Positions 35,097-44,852 of a DNA stretch of 46,357 bases are shown piece after piece (the stretch's first letter is position 1; each line of letters begins with the position of its first letter). Source of the stretch: a bacterium (GTDB lineage: Bacteria; Patescibacteriota; Saccharimonadia; Saccharimonadales; Saccharimonadaceae); NCBI GenBank assembly GCA_030429935.1, contig JAUIGH010000001.1, positions 1-46,357 of the forward strand, in the 5' to 3' direction. Under the pieces are notes generated by a model, which saw nothing but the letters and a program-made list of their open reading frames with translations, had not been told where the DNA came from and did not search any database. The translations under genes were made by a program, and so were the position numbers.

Positions 35097-36230
35097 ATGA
35101 AAGTACGAATTGAAATCGACACCAAGACCTTCGTGCGGTTTTGGTTGGTGGTGATTGGTTTTGCCTTTGCGATATTTGGCATGTATCTCGCACGCACAGC
35201 TCTGATTATTGTTGGTGCTTCAGCATTTCTCGCACTTGCTCTTAATGCGCCAGTCAATGCACTGGCAAAACGCATTCCTGGTAAGTCACGCATCTTAGCT
35301 ACCGCAGTGGCATTCCTCGCGATCGTTGGGTTTCTTGGACTGTTTCTGTTTTATGTCATACCGCCGATTACGCAGCAGACGCTTCGGTTCGTCGATCAAG
35401 CGCCCCAAATGGTGCAAAGTGTATCATCGCAGTGGGCGGGTCTGGGCGATCTGGTTGATCGATATAATATCCAGCCAGAAGTCGACGCGGCAGCTGAATC
35501 GATCCGTGAAAATGCCTCGCGCTGGGCTACCGACTTCGGGACTAGTGTGATCACAGGTATCGGATCAGTCTTCTCAGCCTTGGCGGCCGTATTCTTGGTG
35601 CTCGTCATCACGTTCTTGATGCTCGTCGAAGGCCCATCATGGGTCAAGCGAATCTGGACACTGTACGAAGATCCGCACAAAATGAAGCTGCATCAAAAGC
35701 TCGCGACGCGCATGCATCACGTGGTGTCTGGCTATGTGGTCGGGCAGCTGTCTGTCTCAGGTATCGGCGCACTGACCTCAGGTTTAGTGGTGTATATCAT
35801 GAGCTTCTTTTTCGCCGAAGTGCCGGCCAACTTGGCGCTGCCGACGATCGCGATCACCTTTATTTTTGCGCTTATCCCGATGTTCGGTTCGACCATCGCT
35901 GGCGTATTGGTGTCGCTGCTGCTGGTGGTGAATAGCTTGCCTGCAGCGATTATCTTTGCGATATTCTTTGTCGTCTATCAGCAGATTGAAAACAACTTCA
36001 TCTCACCAGCGATTCAGTCGAAATACCTCGAGCTAACGCCACTGACGGTGTTGGTTGCCGTGACGATCGGTTTGTATCTCTTTGGCTTGATAGGCGGTAT
36101 TATCTCGATTCCGATTGCTGGCTGTATCAAAGTCCTGGTCGAAGAATATCTCGCGCATACCAAAGAAACCCGTAAAAAGCATGACAAGCCGATGGCCAAA
36201 CTCGCCAAAAAGCTGACTGGCGAATCGTAG
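35097..36230 (+). CDS. AI-2E family transporter (PerM/UPF0118-like permease)
   Basis: 377 aa, about 8 TM segments. The overall pattern, including LIPMFGSTIAG and the ISPAIQSK region, is typical of the family. Confidence 0.75.
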   Translation: MKVRIEIDTKTFVRFWLVVIGFAFAIFGMYLARTALIIVGASAFLALALNAPVNALAKRIPGKSRILATAVAFLAIVGFLGLFLFYVIPPITQQTLRFVDQAPQMVQSVSSQWAGLGDLVDRYNIQPEVDAAAESIRENASRWATDFGTSVITGIGSVFSALAAVFLVLVITFLMLVEGPSWVKRIWTLYEDPHKMKLHQKLATRMHHVVSGYVVGQLSVSGIGALTSGLVVYIMSFFFAEVPANLALPTIAITFIFALIPMFGSTIAGVLVSLLLVVNSLPAAIIFAIFFVVYQQIENNFISPAIQSKYLELTPLTVLVAVTIGLYLFGLIGGIISIPIAGCIKVLVEEYLAHTKETRKKHDKPMAKLAKKLTGES

Positions 36231-36263
36231 ACTCAAAGACTCTGGGGCTTGCAGCTTCCCCCA

Positions 36264-36502
36264 GCTTCACGCCCATCAATCCCCTCAGACACGCGCGGCC
36301 GCAACCTGCTGTCTTCTTGTCCGCGCTCTGCAGGGAATGCAGAGTCTTCGTGGCTTGATGGTTGCGAAGCTGGGCTCGACCCAGTGCCAGCTGACACCAG
36401 TGAATCGCCCTTCACGATTCGAGCGCTATCTGCAGCCCGAGTATCGATGGGCGTTGAGACCCCATTCGGTACCCGGAGTGAAGCCAGCCGAGAATGTGAA
36501 GG
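36264..36502 (+). repeat. copy B of the ~230-nt GC-rich structured repeat, filling the AI-2E/cysS intergenic gap
   Basis: The reverse complement of blocks in 8156-8380 is found at 36480-36493, 36419-36438 and 36283-36297. Hairpin CTCTGCA-GGGAA-TGCAGAG at 36326-36344. Closing helix CTTCAC (36265-36270) / GTGAAG (36496-36501). Confidence 0.8.
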
Positions 36503-36530
36503 ATGATGAACGGACACGACCAAGTGTCGT

Positions 36531-37958
36531 CTAAATGAAAGACCAAACTGTACCGCGAGCAGTATCGCGGACAGCGATACCCTCGGCGGTCAGCTCATCA
36601 CGCAAGCGGTCTGATTCGGCCCAGTCTTTGTTGTCGCGGGCTCGAGAGCGGCTGATGATCACATGTTTTTGCTCATCCGTAATGTCTGGTGTCGAGGACA
36701 GTAACTGAAGCCCGAGCAGCTCATCAATCATTTCGAGCAGCTGGACGAGTGCATGCCGATGGATATCGTCTGGCGTTCGTGATTCGAGTCGGCCGAACGC
36801 CTCGTCGATGATCGCTAGTGCGGCGGGCGTGTCCAGATCATCAGACAGCGCCTCGAGTACGGCTTGAGAGGTCGCAAGCAAGCTGACGCTGCGCTCATCG
36901 CTCGACTTTTCGTCATCGTCGCGCAGTGTATCGTGTGTCTGGTGCCTGAGCGCCGCGACATTGCGCCAGTTGCGCAGACGATTGGCTTGGGCGTCGAGAA
37001 TTTCCCAGGTGAAGTTGCCTTCGGTCCGGTAGTGGCTAGATAGAACTAGCAGCTTAAACGCATCCAAATCATAGCCGCGGTCGGCGATGTCAGCTAGCGC
37101 GTAGCTGTTGCCGAGCGATTTCGATAACTTAGTGCCATCGACTTTCATGTGATTGTTGTGAAACCAGTGTCTGCTTAGGGGCTTGCCTGTGACAGTTTCA
37201 GACTGCGCAATTTCGTTGGTGTGATGAACGGGTATATGGTCGATGCCGCCGCTGTGGATGTCGAGCGTGTCGCCCAATAACGCGCGCGCAATGACGCTAC
37301 ACTCGAGGTGCCAGCCGGGGAAACCTGTACCCCACGGACTATCCCACTCCATGTCGCGTTTGGCGTCTGCCGGGCTAAATTTCCAGAGCGCGAAATCAGT
37401 TGGATGCTTTTTGCCGCTGTCGGTGACGCGGGCGCCAGACTGCAGTCCGGCGATGTCGAGCCGGGCGAGCTTGCCATAGTCACTCAATTTGCTGGTATCA
37501 AAATAAACCCCGTCTTCTATTTTGTATGTGAAACCTTTTTTCTCCAATTCCTGGACAAAGGCGATTTGCTGCGGGATATAGTCGGTCGCGCGCGGCATGT
37601 GGTCAGGTCGCAGCAGGCCGAGTTGTTCGTAGGCTTCCTCATCGGCAATCTTGATGAACTTCTCAGCTACATCCCAGGCGGTCAGATTTGCCGCGCGGGC
37701 GCCCTTTTCCATCTTGTCCTCGCCATCGTCTTCGTCGCTGACCAGGTGCCCGACGTCGGTGATGTTTTGTACTCGTGTCACCTCGTAGCCGTTTGCGATT
37801 AGCACTCGCGTCAAAACATCCGCGTAAATATACGCCACCCAATTGCCGATTTGCGGCTGTGAATACACCGTCAAGCCACAGGTGTACAAACCGATCTTTT
37901 TGCCGTTCAGTGGTGCAAGTTCGTCGTTGGATCCGGTGAGTGTGTTGTGGAGTTTCAT
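36531..37958 (-). CDS. cysS: cysteine--tRNA ligase
   Basis: GFPGWHLECS, HSGGIDHIPVHHTNEIAQS, KLSKSLGN (KMSKS). The N-terminal TCGLTVY aligns with the class-I fold. Confidence 0.9.
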   Translation of the reverse strand: MKLHNTLTGSNDELAPLNGKKIGLYTCGLTVYSQPQIGNWVAYIYADVLTRVLIANGYEVTRVQNITDVGHLVSDEDDGEDKMEKGARAANLTAWDVAEKFIKIADEEAYEQLGLLRPDHMPRATDYIPQQIAFVQELEKKGFTYKIEDGVYFDTSKLSDYGKLARLDIAGLQSGARVTDSGKKHPTDFALWKFSPADAKRDMEWDSPWGTGFPGWHLECSVIARALLGDTLDIHSGGIDHIPVHHTNEIAQSETVTGKPLSRHWFHNNHMKVDGTKLSKSLGNSYALADIADRGYDLDAFKLLVLSSHYRTEGNFTWEILDAQANRLRNWRNVAALRHQTHDTLRDDDEKSSDERSVSLLATSQAVLEALSDDLDTPAALAIIDEAFGRLESRTPDDIHRHALVQLLEMIDELLGLQLLSSTPDITDEQKHVIISRSRARDNKDWAESDRLRDELTAEGIAVRDTARGTVWSFI

Positions 37959-38935
37959 GATTCTGTCGCCAAAGCTTTCTCTGTGGCGTTGATTAATTCT
38001 GGGACAACGTTGTCGTATGTCTCGTACACGCGGAAGCCTGCGGCGTATTTGTGGCCGCCACCACCGAAGTAGCCGGCAATCGCATCAGAGACTGGCGAGT
38101 TAGAACGCAATCGGGCAGTCAGTTTGCCGTCAGGATAGGTTTTGATAACACAGCTGATTTCGACACCTTCGACCAGACGCAGTTCATCACCAATCAATGC
38201 ACCAGGATTATACGAATCCGAATACTGTTCGATTTCCTCAAACGGCACGTGAACGAGTGCCAACTTGCCGCCTGCCAGGTATTCGATGCGCTCGATCAAC
38301 TTGCCTTTGTATTCCAAGATCTCGGGTGATTTTTTCATGAATTCACGACGACGCTCTTCGATCTCGGCATTTGATGCTCCCAGTTGAGCGAGCTTACCGG
38401 CAACCGCAAAGCTGTCTGGCGTGACATTTGGCGTCGTTAGTCCCAAACTGTCGCTCATCAGCGCAATCATCAGGTGCTCGGCGGCTTGTTTGTTGATCGT
38501 CCAGCTAGCATCGACCGCCAAATCGTGGATGATGTGGCTAGTGGCGATGACATCGGCTGACAGCATGGTGTGGTCAAAGCTGAGCGTGCTGTCGCTGGCG
38601 TGATGATCGATGACAACGACTGGATGTGTCTCGAGGAAGTTGCGTACACCGGGCGTCTCGAGGACCTTTGAGATTAATACATCAGCGCTAGTGTCGACGA
38701 TGATCGCTAGATCCGCACTGGTGTCAAAATCGCTGGTGACGCGATCCCAGCCGCGGATGTAGCGCAAGTAGCGCGGGATGTCGACTGGACAGTACAGTGT
38801 GACGTCTTTGCCCAGGTCGCCCAGGATTTCTTCCAGCGCCATCGCACTACCGAGGCTATCGCCGTCCGGGTTTTCGGCTTGGATAACAACTATTTTCTGA
38901 GTTGTCTTAATAAGGTCTATTACCGTGTCAAACAT
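37955..38935 (-). CDS. nrnA: DHH/DHHA1 phosphoesterase (NrnA-like oligoribonuclease / pAp phosphatase)
   Basis: NPDGDSLGS, VIDHHAS, GGGHKYAAG. Confidence 0.8.
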   Translation of the reverse strand: MFDTVIDLIKTTQKIVVIQAENPDGDSLGSAMALEEILGDLGKDVTLYCPVDIPRYLRYIRGWDRVTSDFDTSADLAIIVDTSADVLISKVLETPGVRNFLETHPVVVIDHHASDSTLSFDHTMLSADVIATSHIIHDLAVDASWTINKQAAEHLMIALMSDSLGLTTPNVTPDSFAVAGKLAQLGASNAEIEERRREFMKKSPEILEYKGKLIERIEYLAGGKLALVHVPFEEIEQYSDSYNPGALIGDELRLVEGVEISCVIKTYPDGKLTARLRSNSPVSDAIAGYFGGGGHKYAAGFRVYETYDNVVPELINATEKALATES

Positions 38936-38939
38936 AAAA

Positions 38940-39410
38940 CTATTGTATCAAAGCGTGTTGTTCAGGCTCATAGAAGCGATCAGAAAAACGTACCCCATCC
39001 CTGATATCATTTATCGCTAGTCGCAAAATTGGCACGAGTTTATCAGGCAAATCGTCGGCCTCAAACCATTCGCCTTGGTCTGCTTTGTGTGGTTCAGTAA
39101 CCCGGGGCGTGCCCGAGTATGATGACACTTCGTAAAATAATGAAACGCGTTCATCAGACAGGTCGTCTGACGGATAGATATATATCAATGGGTCGCCAAG
39201 CGCGTCCGCATCGATAACAACGCCAGCTTCTTCCTCTAGCTCTCGGATCGCAGCAGTAGTCGGCGATTCGCCTGGTTCTACATGGCCGGCTGGTACCGTA
39301 TACCAGCCATCACGCCACCCGGTATTGAATCTTCTGAGTAGAAATATCCGTTGATTTTCGTCGCGGATAATCATCCAGACAGCTGGAATTATCGCATGTC
39401 GTTTGCTCAT
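38940..39410 (-). CDS. Nudix hydrolase
   Basis: Nudix box GHVEPGESPTTAAIRELEEEAGV. Confidence 0.75.
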   Translation of the reverse strand: MSKRHAIIPAVWMIIRDENQRIFLLRRFNTGWRDGWYTVPAGHVEPGESPTTAAIRELEEEAGVVIDADALGDPLIYIYPSDDLSDERVSLFYEVSSYSGTPRVTEPHKADQGEWFEADDLPDKLVPILRLAINDIRDGVRFSDRFYEPEQHALIQ

Positions 39411-40021
39411 AGTTTGCGCCTACCTTCTAGTGCATGCGTCAGTGTGATCTGGTCGGCATATTCCAGGTCAACACCGACTGGGATGCCGCGAGCCAAGCGG
39501 CTGATCTGGGTGTCGATGCCGGCATCGGTGATCTGGCGCTGAATGAATAGCGCCGTCGACTCGCCTTCGACTGATGCGTTGGTGGCGATGATGACTTCAC
39601 TGACTTTATCGTTTTTGAGGCGTTCGAGTAGTTCGGGGATATGTAGCTGCTCCGGGCCGACGCCATCAATCGGCGAAATCACGCCGCCTAGCACATGGTA
39701 GGTGCCGCGAAATTGTCCGGTGCGCTCGAGGGCGACGATATCGAGTGGTTCCTCGACGATACAGACTGTTTGCTGGTCACGGTCAGCATCAGTGTACAGC
39801 GGCGACACATCTTCGCCGGGATTGATCAGTGCGAACGTCTTTGGACAGACCTGTACACCGTCTTGCAAGCTATCGATAGCCGACGCAAGCTGCCGCGCAG
39901 TCTTAGCATTGTGGCGCAGCAAATAATAGGCGTAACGCTCGGAAGTGCGAGCCCCAACGCCGGGTAGTTGACCGAACTCCTCGATCGCATCGAGCAGTGC
40001 TTGCGGCAAAATCTGCGCCAT
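39407..40021 (-). CDS. recR: recombination protein RecR
   Basis: HhH LPGVGARTSERYAYYLL. Toprim VCIVEEPLDIVALERTGQFRGTYHVLGG. C-terminal ATNASVEGESTA. Confidence 0.9.
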   Translation of the reverse strand: MAQILPQALLDAIEEFGQLPGVGARTSERYAYYLLRHNAKTARQLASAIDSLQDGVQVCPKTFALINPGEDVSPLYTDADRDQQTVCIVEEPLDIVALERTGQFRGTYHVLGGVISPIDGVGPEQLHIPELLERLKNDKVSEVIIATNASVEGESTALFIQRQITDAGIDTQISRLARGIPVGVDLEYADQITLTHALEGRRKL

Positions 40022-40034
40022 ACTCGCCTACGAG

Positions 40035-40325
40035 CTACAGTCCTAAGTTGCCGAGTCCGCCCATCAGCGGCTTCATTTTTTCAGCAGCGATTTCTTGGGC
40101 TTTGGCCATGCCGTCGCGGATGGCGATCTCGATCCAGTGTTCGAGTTGCTCGATGTCCTCGAGGTCGACGTATTCTGGGTCGATTTTGACTGAGACAACT
40201 TTGAGCTCACCGTTGACTTGCACGACGACTGCGCCGTCTCCAGCTTCGACTTCGATGATTTCCTTTGCCAGGTCTTTTTGAGCCTTACGTAGGTCGTTGA
40301 GCATCTTCATTTGGTTTAATGCCAT
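40035..40325 (-). CDS. ybaB: YbaB/EbfC nucleoid-associated protein
   Basis: 96 aa. Pattern MLNDLRKAQKDLAK...VEAGDGAVVVQVNGELKVVSVKIDPE. Lies between dnaX and recR as in many bacteria. Confidence 0.85.
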   Translation of the reverse strand: MALNQMKMLNDLRKAQKDLAKEIIEVEAGDGAVVVQVNGELKVVSVKIDPEYVDLEDIEQLEHWIEIAIRDGMAKAQEIAAEKMKPLMGGLGNLGL

Positions 40326-40365
40326 AGTAAGTAATTCCTCCTCTTTGTACTCTGGTTAGTATACG

Positions 40366-41829
40366 CTATTCGTCGGCGGCTGTATAGAGGTAGAAGCGGT
40401 CGGCGTCCTGACTTTTGGCGTCGACAGCGATGTAGCTCGGATCGACACCAGAGTGGCGCGATGAAACCGCGGCGTCATGCGCTCGGATGTATGGCAGCGG
40501 CACGTCGCTCGACTGACTCGTGACGCTGAAACGACGATCATAGTTAGCCAGTAGTTGGTAAAACGGCGCCCGGTCACTCGGCACGACGACGTTGATTGGT
40601 TGATCAGTCGTAGCGTCAGTCTGCTCGATGGTTTGCTTAAGCAAAGCAGTGTCGGTGCTAAAGGCTGATACGAGCTCCGGGTTGTAATAATAATTGAGGC
40701 TATAGCGTGACGTACTGGACAGGACCACGCCGATGACGATGATGGTCAACGGAATCAAACCCAGGATACGAGCGTATGGGTTATACGGAAATAGTTTGTA
40801 CCATTCAGAAATCAGCGTATTCATGCCCATCGCCACCATCAGTAGCAGGAGCGGAATGATCATGATGGCGTAATGGGGATTGATCAAGAGCAGCGGCAAC
40901 AAAATCACGCCCCATAGCCAGATGATGTAGCTGCGCGCCGTGTACTTGACCTGCAAAAACCGCACGAAACCAATGCCTGCAATCACCAAAATGCCAATCG
41001 GGATGAGCGGGTGTAGCAGCGCATTTGTACTGCCCTGCTGCCAGATGTATGTTTTGGCTAGTTCGATGGCATTCGCGCCAAAATCAGGCAGCTCCGGCGG
41101 GATACCGACGAGTTGTAGTGCGACCTGCGGACTGGTGCTGACGCTATAGAGTAGCGGCGCCAGCACTATCAGAGCTACAGAGCTAGCGATGGCGATGCGG
41201 TTAGGGTTGAGCCGCCGAGCCAAGTGACGAATATGTGGGTGGAAAATCAACGTCGACACAACCGCCAAGTTCAGATAAATCCCGAGCGGCGCGTACATGT
41301 TAAGCGCCAGCATGATCAAAAAAAGCGTCTTCCAGAGCAGATGCGGCGTGTGCCGGCGCGATACGTACGTGCCTGTGACCAAGAGCCAAATCGATATCGC
41401 CACGCTGTAGATGTACGGCGTGGCGTCTTGGGCGATGAAGATGTACGCCGGCAGCGTGGCGGTCAGTAGGACGGTGATGACCGCGACGTTATTGCGAAAC
41501 CATTCGCGTACTAATAGGAACATGCCGATGACGCCGAGAAAACCGAGGATCAGAGACGGCAGTTTGAGCGACAATTCGCCGACACCGAACACAGCGAAAC
41601 CAGCCCGTTGCAAGATATGATACGGCAAGTTGACGACTGAGTTTGGGTCGAACTGCTGAAATGCCAATGAACCGCTGATGACGGCGTTGTCCAGTTCGGC
41701 AGTACGTAATCCACTGGGTACGTATAATGCAGCAGCGGTCAGTGCTGCACCAATTGACAGTAACGCCAACGAGTACCCCAGCACATAGCGGTGCTTGTAC
41801 AGCCAATAATCAGTCACGTGACGCTTCAT
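40366..41829 (-). CDS. GT39/ArnT-like membrane glycosyltransferase (lipid-carrier dependent), tentative
   Basis: 487 aa with about 11 N-terminal TM segments and a soluble C-terminal domain. The assignment rests on topology only. Confidence 0.45.
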   Translation of the reverse strand: MKRHVTDYWLYKHRYVLGYSLALLSIGAALTAAALYVPSGLRTAELDNAVISGSLAFQQFDPNSVVNLPYHILQRAGFAVFGVGELSLKLPSLILGFLGVIGMFLLVREWFRNNVAVITVLLTATLPAYIFIAQDATPYIYSVAISIWLLVTGTYVSRRHTPHLLWKTLFLIMLALNMYAPLGIYLNLAVVSTLIFHPHIRHLARRLNPNRIAIASSVALIVLAPLLYSVSTSPQVALQLVGIPPELPDFGANAIELAKTYIWQQGSTNALLHPLIPIGILVIAGIGFVRFLQVKYTARSYIIWLWGVILLPLLLINPHYAIMIIPLLLLMVAMGMNTLISEWYKLFPYNPYARILGLIPLTIIVIGVVLSSTSRYSLNYYYNPELVSAFSTDTALLKQTIEQTDATTDQPINVVVPSDRAPFYQLLANYDRRFSVTSQSSDVPLPYIRAHDAAVSSRHSGVDPSYIAVDAKSQDADRFYLYTAADE

Positions 41830-41862
41830 AAACTGCTACACATTGTAGCATGGATGACCGGT

Positions 41863-43212
41863 CTATTCGTGGCGTTTGTCGAGTGACATAAAGCGCAATC
41901 GCTCGGGGTGGAAGTACAGCTGGACTTTACCGACGGGACCATTACGGTGCTTGGCGATGATCAGGTCGGTGATGTTTTGCACGTCGGGATTATCGGGTTC
42001 GTAGTAGCCGGGGCGATAGATAAAGCTGACGATGTCGGCGTCTTGCTCGATCGAACCAGATTCACGCAGGTCAGATAGTTGCGGGATCGGCGGTGTGCGG
42101 CTTTCGACGGTACGTGATAGTTGGCTCAGTGCGATTAGCGGCACGTTCAGCTCACGAGCGATCAGTTTCAGGCCACGGCTGATTTCCGAGACTTCTTGGA
42201 CGCGGTTGCCTTGGTGGTTGCCGGCGGCTTGCATGAGTTGTAGGTAGTCGACGATGATGAGGCCGAGCGGTGCTTCGTGGTGTTTGCGGCGGGCTTTGGT
42301 GCGCATCTCGAGCACGCTGAGACCCGGCGTATCGTCGATGTAGATCGGTGCTTCGGCCATCTCGCCCATGGCTTCGGACAGTTTGCCAAAGTCGTCGTCC
42401 GACAGGTTACCGGTGCGGATGTTCCAGCTATCGACACCGCTGGCGTCAGATAGCATACGGTCGACCAGCTGCTCTTTACTCATCTCGAGTGAAAAGAACA
42501 GCACGGGTTGTTTAGCAATGGTCGCCACGTTGTAGGCCAGATTGGTGACCAGCGTCGTCTTACCCATGGCAGGTCGGGCAGCCAGGATGATCAAATCACT
42601 GCGCTGCAAGCCGGCCGTCATGTTGTCCAGGTCGCGGTAGCCAGTGCGTACGCCGCGCAGCTGGCCTTTGTTGCGGTGCAGTTCTTCGAGTCGGTCAAAA
42701 CTCTCGGTCAGGATGCTCTCGAGACTGATCAAATCTTGCTTGAGTGATTGATCTGACACGCTAAATAGTTCAGCTTCGGCACGCTCCAGTAGCTCTTGGG
42801 GCGTGGTATCTTCGTCGTAGCCCAGCTCAGAGATGTCCGTACTGGCGCGGATCAAGCGACGACGTACAGCAGCGGCCGCCACCAGCTCAGCATAGGCTTT
42901 GGCGTGCGCAGCCGTCGGCACATACTGCGTCAGCTCGGTCAGGTAGGCTGAACCGCCGACCATTTCCAGTTCGTCTTTTTTCTTGAGCTGATCGGTCAGC
43001 GTCAACAAATCGACCGGCTTGTGCCGCTCGTACAGACGCATCATCGCGCCGTATATCACCTGGTGTTGCTTGTCGTAAAAATCCTCGGGGTGCGCGATTT
43101 CGGCAGTATCTGCCAAGACTTCTTCATCAATCAAAATCGCACCGAGTAAACTTTTCTCGGCGTCGACATTTTGCGGCGGAATGCGCGCGGCATCAACTTG
43201 CTTCTTAGCCAT
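41863..43212 (-). CDS. dnaB: replicative DNA helicase
   Basis: PPQNVDAEKSLLGAILID, Walker A ARPAMGKTT, IIVDYLQLM, SQLSR. Confidence 0.9.
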   Translation of the reverse strand: MAKKQVDAARIPPQNVDAEKSLLGAILIDEEVLADTAEIAHPEDFYDKQHQVIYGAMMRLYERHKPVDLLTLTDQLKKKDELEMVGGSAYLTELTQYVPTAAHAKAYAELVAAAAVRRRLIRASTDISELGYDEDTTPQELLERAEAELFSVSDQSLKQDLISLESILTESFDRLEELHRNKGQLRGVRTGYRDLDNMTAGLQRSDLIILAARPAMGKTTLVTNLAYNVATIAKQPVLFFSLEMSKEQLVDRMLSDASGVDSWNIRTGNLSDDDFGKLSEAMGEMAEAPIYIDDTPGLSVLEMRTKARRKHHEAPLGLIIVDYLQLMQAAGNHQGNRVQEVSEISRGLKLIARELNVPLIALSQLSRTVESRTPPIPQLSDLRESGSIEQDADIVSFIYRPGYYEPDNPDVQNITDLIIAKHRNGPVGKVQLYFHPERLRFMSLDKRHE

Positions 43213-44617
43213 CGTATGCTACCTCTTCTCCTCCCCCCATCATATCAGCTACGTCGGCCAGTTGGGAATCTGCCAGGGGTACTTTGTCTGCGAGGATGTC
43301 GACGGTGATGTCACCGGCCCCGATTTTTTCGAGTGCAGCGTGGAGTTTCGGCAGTTGTTTGGGGCCATTGAGCAACTTTGCGTTGAGTTTGTTGCCGGCG
43401 TAGATCGTCAATGTGTCGTTTTTTAGCGTGTGGCCAGCTTTTGCCAGTAGCGATCGAAATGCCGCATCGCCATTAGCGGCCGCGATCAAGGCGTCCCAGT
43501 CGAAATCGGTTTTCTCGGTGGCTGGTTGCGATTTCTTTGCGGCTTTAGTCGGTTTTGGTGACGTTGTCGCAGCTTTTTTTGGCTTTTCCTGCGGCCGAGT
43601 CTCGATCGGGTCTGCAGGTGCTGTCGGCTGTGGTGGGGGCAAGGCGATCGGTTCAACTGTCGGCCGCGTCGGTCGGTCGACGTTGTGCGCCAGTACGGTG
43701 AGTAGCCGAATGTACGGATAATGACTCGAACCCGCGCTAAGTAACTCATCCAGTACCGACAAATCCTCGGGGTGCTTAGCGATCGTCTGGTGCAGCGCGC
43801 CGACCAGCTGCTGGGTGACGACGCCAGCATGCGTGCCGGTTGACTCGAGCTCGTTCAGAGTCTGCGTCAAACCATGCAAATCACCCTGGCGATAGTGAGC
43901 GATCAGGGAGTCGATTGTGTCTTGACTGGTAGCACCTAGCGCAGCGCGTACGTCATCAGCGCCGATCGTTTCGCTGCCGGCGCTATGTCTCACCTGATCG
44001 AGCAAACCGATACTGTCACGGAAGCTTCCCTGCCCATGCTGTGCGATCAGCTCCAGTGCTGCGTCGTCGATAGCGATGTCTTCTTGGTCGGCGATACGAC
44101 GTAGATGCTCAGTAGCGAGCTCGTGGCTGATGCTACGAAAGTTGAAGCGCTGCACGCGGCTGATAATTGTAGCCGGCAATTTATCGACATCGGTCGTGGC
44201 CAAGATGAACACGACATGATGTGGTGGTTCTTCGAGCGTCTTGAGCAGCGCGTTAAAGGCTGGTTTTGACAGCATGTGGACTTCGTCGATGATGTAGATT
44301 TTTTTGCGCGCACTGCTGGGCGCGATGTGGACTTTGTCGCGTAAATCCCGCACGTCTTCGACGCCGTTATTGCTAGCGGCGTCGATCTCGATGATGTCCA
44401 GGTGTTGTGATTCGTCGCTGTACTCCAGGCCATTGATCTCGTGGGCGATGATACGCGCGATCGAGGTCTTGCCGACACCACGCGGACCAGTCAACAGATA
44501 GGCATGCGACACGCTATCAGCAGTAATCGCCGCACTTAGCAGCGACGTAATATGGTCTTGCCCGACAATCTCATCGAGCGACCGCGACCGGTATTTGCGG
44601 TACAATGCTTGGCTCAT
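43205..44617 (-). CDS. dnaX: DNA polymerase III subunit gamma/tau
   Basis: YRSRSLDEIVGQ, GPRGVGKTS, IIDEVHMLS, SRVQRFNF. Pro/Lys-rich linker after domain III. Confidence 0.9.
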   Translation of the reverse strand: MSQALYRKYRSRSLDEIVGQDHITSLLSAAITADSVSHAYLLTGPRGVGKTSIARIIAHEINGLEYSDESQHLDIIEIDAASNNGVEDVRDLRDKVHIAPSSARKKIYIIDEVHMLSKPAFNALLKTLEEPPHHVVFILATTDVDKLPATIISRVQRFNFRSISHELATEHLRRIADQEDIAIDDAALELIAQHGQGSFRDSIGLLDQVRHSAGSETIGADDVRAALGATSQDTIDSLIAHYRQGDLHGLTQTLNELESTGTHAGVVTQQLVGALHQTIAKHPEDLSVLDELLSAGSSHYPYIRLLTVLAHNVDRPTRPTVEPIALPPPQPTAPADPIETRPQEKPKKAATTSPKPTKAAKKSQPATEKTDFDWDALIAAANGDAAFRSLLAKAGHTLKNDTLTIYAGNKLNAKLLNGPKQLPKLHAALEKIGAGDITVDILADKVPLADSQLADVADMMGGGEEVAYDG

Positions 44618-44701
44618 ACTCCCCTTTTGTATCTATTGTACCGCAGTCGTCGTGATGTGTGCGTTGTCAAATCTTACATGGTCGTTTACAGCAGCCCTGT
44701 A

Positions 44702-44729
44702 TTGATTAATGTTTAAAAAATGATAAAAT
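44702..44729 (+). promoter_or_regulatory. candidate sigma70-type promoter
   Basis: TTGATT, 16-nt spacer, TAAAAT, in the AT-rich dnaX-divergent intergenic region. Confidence 0.35.
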
Positions 44730-44852
44730 ATACTCAGACTATGGAGTACCAGGTCTTGCACATTAACTGTGCGTGTCTTTTCTGTTGTTCGACCGATGCT
44801 CGTCTTGTACTACACGAGGCCAGCTAGGCCGAACAACATCGAGGAGGCACCA

